Shown here one piece after another: positions 26,143-38,345 of a stretch of DNA of 64,000 bases; the first letter of the stretch is position 1, and each line of letters opens with the position of its first letter. A program made the translations under genes and the position numbers. The notes beneath the pieces were generated by a model. It searched no databases. It was not told the origin of the DNA and worked only from the letters and a program-made list of their open reading frames with translations. Source of the DNA: Octopus sinensis (lineage: Eukaryota); the NCBI RefSeq assembly GCF_006345805.1, contig NC_043019.1, positions 32,239,360 to 32,303,359 on the forward strand. The letters run 5' to 3'.

Positions 26143-26424
26143 TTATAACTTAGGGTAATCTACGAGATATCGCCATGCTGAAGATAGCAGCCAAAATCAG
26201 ACTCTGAAACCACATTAAATGTCCATACAGCACAATCAGAGAAGACAAAAAGACAAAATAAAACTAGCGAAAAATTACTGGATAATTCCAGATCCCGGAT
26301 TTCTGGCTTTGCATTAAGAAATGCTTTGCCTCATCAGTGGAATATACGCAGAAAGTAACATAAATACACATATTTGTCTTCTCTCCCTGTGCTGTATGGA
26401 CATTTAATGTGGTTTTAGAGTCTG
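26143..26424. mobile_element. Inverted-repeat element with a hammerhead motif in its spacer (probable Penelope-like remnant)
   Basis: Arms 26198-26249 and 26373-26424 are reverse complements (52 bp, 4 mismatches by eye). Segment 26143-26230 is homologous to the 161-bp satellite unit at 8012-9278. Confidence 0.7.
26285..26343 (-). ncRNA. Type-I hammerhead ribozyme motif (family 2)
   Basis: Minus strand reads ATTCCA-CTGATGA-GGC aaa GCATT tctt AATGC aaa GCC-A-GAAA-TC cgg GA-TC-TGGAAT. This gives a 6-bp stem I, an intact CUGAUGA, an AUC cleavage triplet and one extra A before GAAA. Confidence 0.7.
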
Positions 26425-26477
26425 TCTGTGTATATATATATATATACATATATATATATACACATACACATTCAAAA

Positions 26478-26647
26478 TGTGACTGCTTGTGTACCGTTGG
26501 CGATTTGTTTTTTCCTATGTTTTTGACGAAGAGCTCTGCTCGAAACGTTAAACCCTCCTTCTTTCCTGAGTGTCCCATAATACTATACTTGTTCCACGTC
26601 CTCGTGTTGTTGTGTTTTCTCTTTGCGTTTTCATGTTTGGATTAACT
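26478..26647 (+). mobile_element. Penelope-like terminal repeat fragment (family 1), second copy
   Basis: Homologous to 13255-13457, with an internal deletion upstream of the ribozyme motif. Confidence 0.6.
26519..26553 (+). ncRNA. Minimal type-I hammerhead ribozyme motif (family 1, copy 2)
   Basis: gttt-TTGACGA-A-GAGC tct GCTC-GAAA-CGTT-aaac. Stem I is gttt/aaac. Core C3 is changed to U. Confidence 0.7.
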
Positions 26648-27242
26648 ATATATATGTTTGTCTGTCTATCTATCTATTTATCTATCTAATCTGTTCGTTT
26701 TTCTATCTCCCTATCACTCACCAATTGAAATTCTGTCCATCTGTTTGTGTTCAGGATTCAGATCCCACAAGACTTTCCATTCTGTCTTTCATTCCTAGAG
26801 ATGACATAGGGTGTTGGTGAATCCCTAAAATAATTTTTGTTTGTTTTTTTTTTCCTTCTACATTCTATGCTTAATTCCAACAATATTGGCTTTCACCCTA
26901 AGCTCAGGGAATCAATTTTTATTTGTGTACTGGTTCTGTACATCTCATTTGAAAATATCCTCTAAAAACTCCTAATTCCACCGAGGTCGACTTCTTTGCC
27001 TTTCTTCCTTTCGAAGTTGATAAATTAAAAATGGCAAGCTGGCAGAATCGTTAGCACGCAGGGAAAAATGCTTAGCAGCATTTCGTCCGTCTTGTATGTT
27101 CTGATTTCAAATTCCGCCGCGGTCGACTTTGCCTTTCATCCTTTCGGGGTTGATAAATTTAAGTTACCAGTTGAACACTTGGGTTGATGTCATCAACTAG
27201 TTCCCACCCACCCCAAATTTCAGGCCTTGTGCCAAAGGATTA

Positions 27243-27279
<37 letters not shown>

Positions 27280-27675
27280 ATATCATTATATAATAGATAT
27301 CTGTTATTGGTATCACTGAGTATTCCCAGTATTTTCTGCATGTTTTATTTGTGAAGTATATGATTCCATTGCCATATTCCCCTCCCTCTTCATCACCATC
27401 ATCATCTGTGTTTCCTAGATTGGCAATGCTACCAAATGGAGAATTACTTCTCCATGTCTTTCGTTTTCCGCTCATAAAACAAAAGCCCACAACTACTCCA
27501 ATGTCGGCTCATTAGTTTATATGTCTGCTCTGTGTGTGTGTGTGTCCGTGTGTCCGTATGATTGTGTTTGTATATGCATACATTTGTGAGGGAAAGATGG
27601 TTGTCTGTCGATGTGTGTGTGTTTGTATGAAAGGGAGATAGTGTGCGCATTTGTGAAGGAAAGTCCATTGTCTGC

Positions 27676-27713
<38 letters not shown>

Positions 27714-28622
27714 AAGGAAGAGGCCTTGTAAGGGAGAGTTTGTATCTGCCACTGTGTGTGTGTGTGTGTGTGTTGTGTATGCACATGAGTAGAAGTGTGT
27801 CTCACTATATATCTGTGTGTGTGTGTATGCATCAGGGCCTGTGTGTCTATGAGAGAGAGAGAGAGCAAGAGAGACAGTGAGATATATATGCATGTAACAG
27901 ACCAGTTCGAGAAGAAGGGAAAGAAGCGTGCATGCTTGTAGCAGGGTGGAGGACGGAAGGAAGGACAGGAGAACGAATGAGCATATGTGTTTGTGCAACA
28001 GAAAGAAGATAGATAGAGAGATAAAGAGAGATAGAAAGGGAGAGAGAGAGAGAATATGGTGTGTTCCCATATTTTCATTTAATGAGCTTTGTGGCATTTT
28101 CCTTGGAGATTTCCGACCAGCCTGTGTCATTATCAATCACATTATCTCTCCCATTTGGATTCTTGCTTCTCTTATATTGTTATAATAATAATAATAATAA
28201 TAATGATAATAATAAAAATTATTATTACTATTATTATTATTATTATCATTATTATTGTTGTTATTGTTGCTATTGACATTGTTACATTTGTTAACATTTT
28301 CTTTTGTTTTTGATTTGTTTGGGTTTTTTTTCTCTGTTTTGGTGCTTTTGCTTATAATAATGTATAACTGTCATCATCATCATCACCATCGTCATCATCA
28401 TCACCATCGTCAGCATCAGCATCACGATCACCAAGGAACCGTTGTTAGTTTGCCTGAATCGATAAGTCACTGAACAGAAAATGCTTTGAGCATAAGTTAG
28501 CTCATGGGGCTCTTTTTTTATATTCCGAGTTCAAATCCCACTTTGGCTTTTACATCCTTCCAAGAATCATTGAAATAAAACACTAGTCAAAGTAATGTGT
28601 GTATATGTATATATATATGTAT

Positions 28623-28785
28623 GGAGGCGCAATGGCCTAGTGGTTAGGGCAGCGGACTCGCGGTCGCAGGATCGTGGTATCGATTCCCAGACCGGGTGTT
28701 GTGTGTGTTTATTGAGCGAAAACACCTAAAAGCTCCACGAGGCTCCGGCAGGGGGTGGTGATCCCTGCTGTACTCTTTCACCACT
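28623..28785 (+). mobile_element. SINE family C 5' part
   Basis: ggaggcgcaatggcctagtggttagggcagcggactcgcggtc... Confidence 0.85.
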
Positions 28786-28966
28786 TTAAAAAATGGCGGT
28801 GCCCCAGCATGGCCACAGCTCATTAGCTGAAACTGGAAAAATCAAAATCAAAAAATCAAATGTGTGTGTGAGTAGTTGATGCCCATGTCCTCAGCCAACG
28901 CAAACCGCCACACTCGCCCTCTCAAATTAATTGGCTTTTTGTAATTATTTTAGAAATTTCTATTTA

Positions 28967-29102
28967 ATCATCATTATTATTATTATTAATATCATTATTA
29001 TTATTATTATTAATATCATTATTATTATTATTATTATTAATATCATTATTATTCTTATTATTAATATCATTATTATTATTATTTTGATTATTATTATTAT
29101 TT

Positions 29103-29145
<43 letters not shown>

Positions 29146-29345
29146 CATTATTATTATTATTATCATTATTATTATTATTATCATTATTATTATTATTATC
29201 ATTATTATTATTATTATCATCATTATTATTATCATTATTATTATTATTATTATCATCATTATTATTATCATTATTATTATTATTATCATTATTATTATTA
29301 TCATTATTACTATTATTATTATTATTGTTATTATCATTATTATTA
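28967..29345. repeat. (ATT/ATC)n trinucleotide tract
   Basis: Direct inspection. It explains the poly-I and poly-N ORFs. Confidence 0.95.
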
Positions 29346-29346
29346 A

Positions 29347-31258
29347 AGTGGTGCGCTGGCAGAATTGTTAGCGTGCTGCACAAAATGCTTAGCAGTATTT
29401 CGTCCATCTTTACATTCTGTGTTCAAATTCTGCCAAGGTGGACTTTGCCTTTCATCCTTTCGGGGGTCAGTAAGCATGGGGGTGGGGTGGAGTTTGATGC
29501 AATCGTCTATATCTTCTCCTCCCTCCCTCCTCCCTGTAATTTCAAACCTTGTACCTATAGCAGAAAGCATAAGTAGTATTAGTATCATTATTATTGTTAT
29601 TAATGACTTTAAGGTGGTGAGTGAGCTCACGGAATCATTAGCGTGCAGGACAAAATACGTATTATTAAAATTTTGCTCATTTTTATGTTCCGTGTTCAAT
29701 TTCTGTCGAGGTTGACTTGGCCTTCCTTGCCTTATCCTTTCGGGGCTTGTTGAAATAAATACTAGATGTCACTTGGGTCGATGTAAATCAACTTAACCCC
29801 CTCCCCCAAAATTGCTGGCCTAGTGCCAAAATTTGAAACTATTAGCATTATTAAGGTGGCGAACTGACAGAATCGTTAGTGCACCTGACAAAATATTTAT
29901 CAGTGTTTCATCTGTCTTTACATTCTGTGTTCAAGTTCTTCCGAGGTCGACTTTGCCTTTCATCTTTTTGGGGATGAAGGGGTCAATAAATTAAGTACCA
30001 GTCAAAATACTGGGGTTGATGTAATCAATTTTCTCCTCCCCTCAAAAACTGCTGGCCCTGTGCCAAACTTTGAAATCATCATCTTCATCATCATCATCAT
30101 TATTTGAGCTAATAGAATTGTTAGCACGCCACACATAATGCTTAACAGCATTTTTTCCGGTCTTTATGTTCAGAGCTCAAATTCCTCCGAGGTCAACTTT
30201 GCCTTTCATCCTTTTGGGCTTGATAAAATAAGTACTAGTTGCATACTGGGGTCAATCTAATCGACTGCCACCCCTCTAAATTCCAGGTCATCATCATTAT
30301 TATTTGAGCTAACAGGATCGTTAGCACGCCACACAAAATGCTTAGCGGTATTTCATCTGTCTTTACGTTCTGAGTTCAAATTCCTCCAAGGTCAGCTTGG
30401 CCTTTCAACCTTTTGGTCTCGATAAAGTAAGTACCAGTTGAGTACCAGGGTTGACGCAATCAACTTACTCACATCCCTTCAAAATTTCAGGTCTTGTGCC
30501 TTATAGTAAAAAGAATTACTTTCTAACATCTTTTCAGCATTCATAAACTAGGTATCCCTTAAACACCGGATTCGTGTAACTGACTAGATCCCTCTCTTTG
30601 TAATTTCAGGCCTTGTACCTCTATTGGGGTTGATAAAATAAGTACCAGTTGAGTACTGGGGGGGTTGATGTAATCGACTAACCTCCGCCACAGAATTCTA
30701 AGCCTTGTGCCTATAGTACAAAGAATTATTACCTTTCATTTTCTCAGGGTTGATAAAATAAGTGCCAGCTGACCATTAGGGGTTGATGTGATTGACCTAT
30801 CCACTCCTCTCATTATTTCAGGCCTTGTGTCCCTTTCATCCTTCCCAGGGTTGATAAAGTACCAGCTGAGCATATTAGGGGCTGATGTAATTGACCTACC
30901 GACTCACCTCATAATTTCAGGCCTTGTCTCCCTTTCATCCTTTCTAGGGTCGAAAATAAGTACTAGCTGAGTATTAGGGGTTGATATAATTGACTAACCC
31001 ACTCTTCTTATAATTTCAGGCGTTGTGTCCCTTTCGTCCTTCCCAGGGTTGATAAAGTACCAGCTGAGCATATTAGGGGCTGATGTAATCAACTAATGCA
31101 CCTCCACCAAAATTCTAGGTCTTGTGCCTGTGTTGTACAAAGAATTATTACCTTTCATTCTCTGGGGTGGATGGGATCAATAAAATAAACCCCAGTTGAT
31201 TACTGGGGTCACATAATCAACTAATCCCTTCCACCGAAAATTCCAGGCCTTGTTCCTA
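29347..31258 (+). repeat. Head-to-tail array of diverged SINE B copies grading into ~90-120-bp headless units
   Basis: About 5 near-complete units with (ATT)/(ATC) linkers, then about 6-7 units of ttcaggccttgt..gggttgataaa..agtaccag..ggggttgatgtaatcgac. Confidence 0.85.
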
Positions 31259-31658
31259 TATAGTAGAAGGAATCTGGTGAACAACAGTGATGATGGTGAT
31301 TGTTCTTCCATTCTCCCCCACTTTCGTTCCCCCCCCCCGTTACATTATAAACACCACCCCCACCACGACCACGACTTAAGTGTTTTTTTATGGTCGGTCC
31401 TTGATGGTTCATTGACTCTGGAGACAAACACTTAATAAAACACAAAACAAATTTATTTTTTTCCAATATGAAATATAACAAAAAAATAATGGGAGGGGGG
31501 GCAAACGAGGGGATTGGTGGTGGTGGTGGTGGTTAAGGCTTCCACAGAGGGGCTGTAATGGTAGTGTGTGTAGTGGTGCTGGTGGTGGTGGTGTTATGAT
31601 GGTATTTGACTGGTGGTGAATGGTGGGGGACTGGAGTTTGTGGCGTGACTTCTGTACC

Positions 31659-31725
31659 ATGGAACACAGTCTGGTTGGTGTCTTGCGTTGTCTCCCCTCT
31701 GAAAAGAAAGACAGAGAGAAGATAG
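31659..31725 (+). CDS. Candidate alternative first coding exon: MEHSLVGVLRCLPSEKKDREKI
   Basis: accATGG Kozak context, 22 open codons and a consensus donor AG|gtgagt in phase 1, compatible with the acceptors at 43601 and 45783. Could be chance. Confidence 0.3.
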
Positions 31726-32247
31726 GTGAGTCACATGACAGTGGGGGTGCTGTATGTAGTGGTGGTGGTGGTGGTGGCGGCGGTGGTGGTTGAGTAAAGT
31801 GATAGTAAGTTTGTTGGTGTAAATGGTTAACTGGGGACGTGATGGGATGTCTTCGGGATATATGGTTTCATTCCTGCCTTGCTATTATAGCTAGTTGTAC
31901 CCTCGTAACATACATACACACACAGACATGCGTGCACGCACACACACTCGTCGTCGCTCTGCATGCTTGTCTGCCTGTTTGTCTGTCTGTCTGTCTGTTG
32001 GTCTCTTGCTGTCATCGTTAAGCCTCTCCTCTATTTGGATATCATAATTTGGGATGGAGAGGAAGGTGGGGGAATTAATGGGCATTTTGCACATCTTTAT
32101 ACATTCTTATGCGTGGAATGTATGTAATGTTTGTGTGTGTGTGTGTGTGTGTGTATGGATATATAGATAGATAGGCATACACATTGTCACTTCAGTGTGT
32201 TTGTGTGTATGCATGCATAAATATGTATGTGTGTCTATATATCTATT

Positions 32248-32289
<42 letters not shown>

Positions 32290-32298
32290 AACATATAC

Positions 32299-32501
32299 TC
32301 TTTTTTTACTTGTTTCAATCATTTGACTGCAGCCATGCTGGAGCACTGCCTTTAATTGAGCAACTCGACCCCGGGACTTATTCTTTGTAAGCCCAGTACT
32401 TATTCTATCGGTCTCTTTTGCCGAACCGCTAAGTGACGGGGACGTAAACACACCAACAGCGGTTGTCAAGCAATGCTAGGGGGACAAACACAGACACACA
32501 A

Positions 32502-32540
<39 letters not shown>

Positions 32541-32712
32541 CATATATACGACAGGCTTCTTTCAGTTTCCGTCTACCAAATCCACTCACAAGGCATTGGT
32601 CGACCCGGGGCTATAGCAGAAGACACTTGCTCAAGATGCCACGCAGTGGGACTGAACCCGGAACCATGTGGCTGGTTAGCAAGCTACTTACCACACAGAC
32701 ACTCCTGCGCCT
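32299..32712 (-). mobile_element. SINE family A, full length
   Basis: Reverse complement of family A. Confidence 0.9.
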
Positions 32713-33479
32713 GTATATATATAAATATATTCTATTCTTTCTTTTACTTGTTTCAGTCATTTGACTGCAGCCATGCTGGAGCACCGTCTTCAGTCGAACA
32801 AATCAACCCCAGCTTAAGAATGACAAAAGTTTTTTTACTAAATTCTTCATTATTTTCAAAATTACTTAAAACAAAGGCAGTGTATTTCAACAGAAATATG
32901 GTAACAAGGGGTTAAGTGGAAAAACGCTGATTACTTTTCAATTCCTGTTCTATTTAAAAGAACATGTATAAACTCTTTCTTTTTGCATCAGTACCTTGTC
33001 ATCTTCGCTCGTTGCGATATTTCCAGAATTTGGTAACTGTAGCTGCCCTTAATCATATTGTAATCGACTAGTTTCTAATATCTAAGATTTACCGAAAAGT
33101 CTGTGGTATTGGAGATTACAAGAAGTTTTGCTCAATTGGTTTTTACAGTGAGAGAAAAAGGTGGGTTAAACCATGTGATGTTATGGCTACTTTACTGGCG
33201 TTTATCTGTGTAAATGTCTATAGATAGATAGATATATTAGGGTGATACTCAAGCATTCAACTGTGGGTGCATTGCACCTTATAGCCGAAACAGCTGTAAG
33301 CTAATAAAGTTCATAACATAATTGTTTTTTTCCTTTGTCATCCCAATTTCTTACACACACACACACACACACACACATAATGTGTGTGTTTTAGCATAAT
33401 ATATTTAGTTAGACTTGTCTATGTGTAGAATACACAGTATATCTGTATTTGAGTGTATACACAAGTTTTTGTCAGTGTC

Positions 33480-33515
<36 letters not shown>

Positions 33516-33921
33516 GGCACCTCACACAGTGTATGCATATACAGATGTGTGTGTGTGTATAGTCTATTTAAGACATGAAGAGTAAAAGGGAACCCGGTGT
33601 GTGTGTGTGTGTCAGTGATGCCTCTTATGAGCAGGACCTGTTTATCCAGTGTTGTTATTCCAGTGTTTGGGTGAAAAGAAAATATTATCCTTTTTTCCCC
33701 TTTCCCTTCTTCTTACATGTCCTTTCCTAACTTCATATTTCCCCCACCGCAACCATTTTCGTCCTCCACTTTTCATTTTCTTTCTCTTTTTTTTTCTCTT
33801 CTGCCTGTATTTTTTTTTTTTTTTTTTCAATTTTTCTCCTTTTTAGTGATACTTTTCTGCCTTCTCCTCAATACTCCTTGTGCCTGCCTCTGCTTCAATC
33901 ACTTGTCTAGTTTCAGTTCTC

Positions 33922-33999
<78 letters not shown>

Positions 34000-34699
34000 A
34001 TCTCTTGTTTTTCTCCCCTCTTTCTCTTCCCTCTCTGTCTCCTCTCTTTCTCTTCCCTTTCTCTCTCTTCTCCCTCTCTCTCACCCCCCCCCCGCTGGTT
34101 TTGTTATTGTTCATTCAGTATTTTCCTACCATAAAATCTTATTGGTATAAATTTTGCTCATTCTTCTGCAAATAAGTTCATGTATATTAGTTTATATATA
34201 TATATGTTTCTGTACATGAATTTACATACACACACGCACGGCTCATATCTCCAAAACACTTTTTTGGGGGAAAAACCTTGTGAGTGGATTTGGTAGACAG
34301 AAACTGAAAGAAGCCCATCGTATGTGTATGTATGTGTGTGCGTCTGTGTTTGACCCCTGCCATCGCAGTTCAGCAAAAGAGACTGATAGAATAAGTTCTA
34401 GGCTTACAAAGAATAAGTCTTGGAGTCGATTTCTTCAACTAAAAAGCCCCGCTAATGCGGTGCTCAAGCATGGCCACAGTCAAATGGCTGAAACAAGTAA
34501 AAGAATCAAAGAATACCTCATTATTTATTTTCATTTGCTTTTTATCTATTTTTATTTTTGCTATTTTTGTCTTCAACACCTCAAACTGTATTGCTTCTGT
34601 CAAGAATCTCGTATGCAATATGTAAATACAATTTACGAAAATGGTAGGTGATAATTGTGTGTGCAGAAGCAACACCTTTTAAATGTCTACATAAACAAA

Positions 34700-35530
34700 T
34701 AATGAGCCAGCACCATCGAAAACATCACCACTACCCCTACCTCCACAACCATCGACATCACCACCACCATCATCAGCACCACGACCATCACCATCACCAC
34801 GCCAACCATCATCATCTCCACACCACCATCATCACCATCATCACTACCATCATCACCACCACCATCACCATCATCACTACCACCACCATCACCACCACCA
34901 TCGTCACCACCATCATCACCACCACCATCATCACCATCACCATCATCACCACCATCATCATCATCACCACCATCATCATCATCACCACCACCATCATCAC
35001 CACCACCATCATCATCATCACCACCATCATCATCATCACCACCACCATCACCACCACCACCACTACCACCATCATCATCATCATCATCATCATCATCACC
35101 ACCACCATCATCACCACCACCATCATCATCACCACCACCATCACCACCACCATCATCATCATCATCACCACCACCATCATCACCACCATCATCATCATCA
35201 CCACCATCATCATCACCACCACCATCATCATCACCACCACCATCATCATCACCACCATCATCATCACCACCACCATCATCATCACCACCATCATCATCAC
35301 CACCACCATCACCACCACCATCATCACCATCATCACCACCATCATCATCACCACCATCATCATCATCACCACCACCATCATCATCACCACCACCATCATC
35401 ACCACCATCATCATCACCACCACCACCGCCACTGCCCCTACCTCTACAACAACCATCCCTACCACCCACAGCCACCACTTTCACCACCACCATCACAGCC
35501 ATCATCACTACAACCATCACCACCACTATC
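34700..35530. repeat. ~800-bp mixed (CAC/CAT)n tract
   Basis: Direct inspection. Confidence 0.95.
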
Positions 35531-36472
35531 ACCTCTTACGACTACCACCACCTTCACCGCCGCCATTACCCTCAGCCAACACAGGACTGACTACATTCCC
35601 TTCTTTCTCCTCCTCCTCCACCTCCTCCTCCCGCCCACGCTGCCAGGTAAACAAATAGACACCCCACCACCACCACCACCACCAGCCTCTGTTGCATGAC
35701 TACGACTACCATAGCAACCATCACTGAAAACTCATTGTTTCAAGTAAATTCTTCTTGTTGGAAGCGCATCATGGTGTTGTCATGACATTTGTGTTTTTGG
35801 CACGGAACCTTGCGTGCATGTGGATTCAGAGCTATTTCGCATACACACACACACATATACACACTCACATATACACACTCACATGCACACACACATGCAC
35901 ACACACCAACTGCAAAAAATGGTAAGAATTTTGGAAATACAATGGTGTAACAGGAAATAGTTGTTGCATGTGTATACGTGTCAGTGGAAGAGGGACAGAT
36001 GTATATGTTTATGCTTGCGAGTGTGCATGTGTGTGTATATATATATATATATGTGTGTGTGTGTATATGTGTGTGTATGTGTATGTGTGTGTATATATAT
36101 ATATATATGTGTGTATGTATGTGTATATATATGTATGTATGTGTATATATATATATATGTGTATATGTATATGTGTGTATATATATATATATGTATGTAT
36201 ATATATATATGTATGTGTGTGTATGTATGCGTGTGTGTATATATATATGTATATCATCATCGTTTAACGTCCGTTCTCCATGCTAGCATGAGATATATAT
36301 ATATGTATATGTATGTATGAGTCCAGTACTGCTTAATAGTATTGGTGTTCGTTCTTTAATAAGAGGCACCAGTTAATTTAATATGGAGATAAATGATTCT
36401 TTCATTTCAATAACAAGAAAATGGAGAGATTTATCCAACAAACATCAATTTATTAACATATTGTTAACATAT

Positions 36473-36845
36473 AGGTGCAGGAGTGGCTGTGTGGTAAGTA
36501 GCTTGCTTACCAACCACATGGTTCCAGGTTCAGGCCCACTGCGTGGCATCTTGGACAAGTGTCTCCTACCATAGCCTTGGTCCAACCAAAGCCTTGTGAG
36601 TGGATTTGGTAGATGGAAACTGAAAGAAGCCCATCATATATATATGTGTGTGTTTGTGCCCCCCCCCCCCAATATCACTTGACAGCCAATGTTGGTGTGT
36701 TTCTCCCCCATAACTTAGTGGTTCAGCAAAAGAGACAGAATAAGTACTAGGCTTACAAAGAATAAGTCCTGGGGTCGATTTGCTTGACTAAAGGCGGTGC
36801 TCCAGCAGGGGCGCAGTCAAATGACTGAAACAAGTAAGAGAATAA
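36473..36845 (+). mobile_element. SINE family A, full length
   Basis: Matches family A. Confidence 0.9.
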
Positions 36846-37422
36846 AAATATCCTAGGCACAAGGATTTGATTTTTTTTTTTTTTCTCTTAGTGGTGTAAC
36901 CCACCTTAATAATCCCTCCTTATATGGGCACGGGGTTGGTAATTTTTAGGACTGGGGAACCCCGATTCCATCAACCCCCAGTGCTCCACTGGTACTTATT
37001 TTAATGAACCCAAAAGGATGTAAAGCAGTCTGGAATTTGATCTGAAAATGAAATGCTGCTTATCCCTGCTTCTCAAGAAAGGTTACTTGTGCCATTGTAA
37101 AGCCATTCAAGCATGACAGTGTAATGTAAAACCATTCAGGCATGACAAAAACGGCTGTAGAAATAATCAAATTTGCATGCATAATTAATTTCAGTCAATT
37201 CCATCTTATTTCAGCCTCCCTAATTCTTTACTGTTAATGTCCTCACCATAATTAAAACTACACAAAGAGCAAATAAAAATATTCTTTCTCCATGTCTAAG
37301 AAAACCCAATACACAAAAAGCAAGAAAATTCAATCAATATTTTTTCTGTCTTGCTTTTGTATCACATAAACCAGAGAGGTTTTGTGATACAAAAACCTGT
37401 TTTAAGAAGCATTCATATTTAA

Positions 37423-37643
37423 CCCTTTAGTGTTCGCATTATTCTGCCAAAATTAATGCTTATTCATCCACATTGTTTTGAACTAATCATGCATTATCTT
37501 GTAGCTATGAGATTTTGATGAGGTAGCTGTTAAATTTTAAAACGATATTGTAGGGTTGGTGTGAGAGACCAGATCTGGCCAGTTTGAACATAAAACAGGC
37601 AGAATACTTTTGGCCGGATATGGCCGGTTTAAATGCTAAAGGG
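37423..37643. mobile_element. piggyBac-like MITE
   Basis: TTAA|CCCTTTAGTG ... ATGCTAAAGGG|TTAA, homologous to 4062-4201. Confidence 0.75.
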
Positions 37644-37780
37644 TTAAGCTGAAACCTTCCAGTGTTTCAATTACATGTTTAACAATGAAAAAACTTTGTT
37701 GATTTTTGTAAATCATTCCAAATTCTTGGACGTTTTCAAAATTAGCTGAAATTACACATATATTTAACCGTTTTGCTCTT

Positions 37781-38345
37781 TCTACTCTTTTACTTGTTTC
37801 AGTCATGTGACTGTGGCCATGCTGGAGCACTGCCTTTAGTCAGGCAAATCGACCTCAGGACTTATTCTTTGGAAGCCTAGTACTTACTCTGTCGGTCTCT
37901 TTTGCCGAACCGCTAAGTTACGGGGACGTAAACACACCATCATCAGTTGTCAAGCGATGTTGGGTGGACAAACACAGACACACAAACATAGACACAGATA
38001 TATATATATATACACATATGTACATATATACGACGGGCTTCTTTCAGTTTCCGTCTACCAAATCCACTCACAAGGCTATATATATATAGCCTTGTGAGTG
38101 AATCTGGTAGACGGAAACTGAAAGAAGCCTGTCATATATGTATGTGTGTGTCTGTATGTTTGTTTGTCCCCCACCATCACTTGACAATCAATGTTGATGT
38201 GTTTATGTTCCCGTAACTTAACGGTTCAGCAAAAGAGACTGATAGGACAGCTACTAGGTTTACAAAGGATAAGTCCTGGGGTCGATTTGTTCGACTAAAG
38301 GCGGTGCTCCAGCATGGGCGCACTCAAGTGACTGAAACGAATAAA
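37781..38345. repeat. Palindrome made of two headless SINE A bodies in inverted orientation
   Basis: ccactcacaaggc-(ta)6-gccttgtgagtg is centred at 38082/38083, and the arms are about 260-300 bp. Confidence 0.9.

Noticed and set aside
28623-28700. tRNA genes (also at 18138, 40104, 40590 and 45202)
   Set aside because: A and B boxes are present, but there is no closed acceptor stem and each runs into a repeated SINE body.
34648-35658. 336-aa ORF and overlapping 281-aa and 217-aa ORFs
   Set aside because: They are translations of a (CAC/CAT)n tract, with no splice sites or domain.
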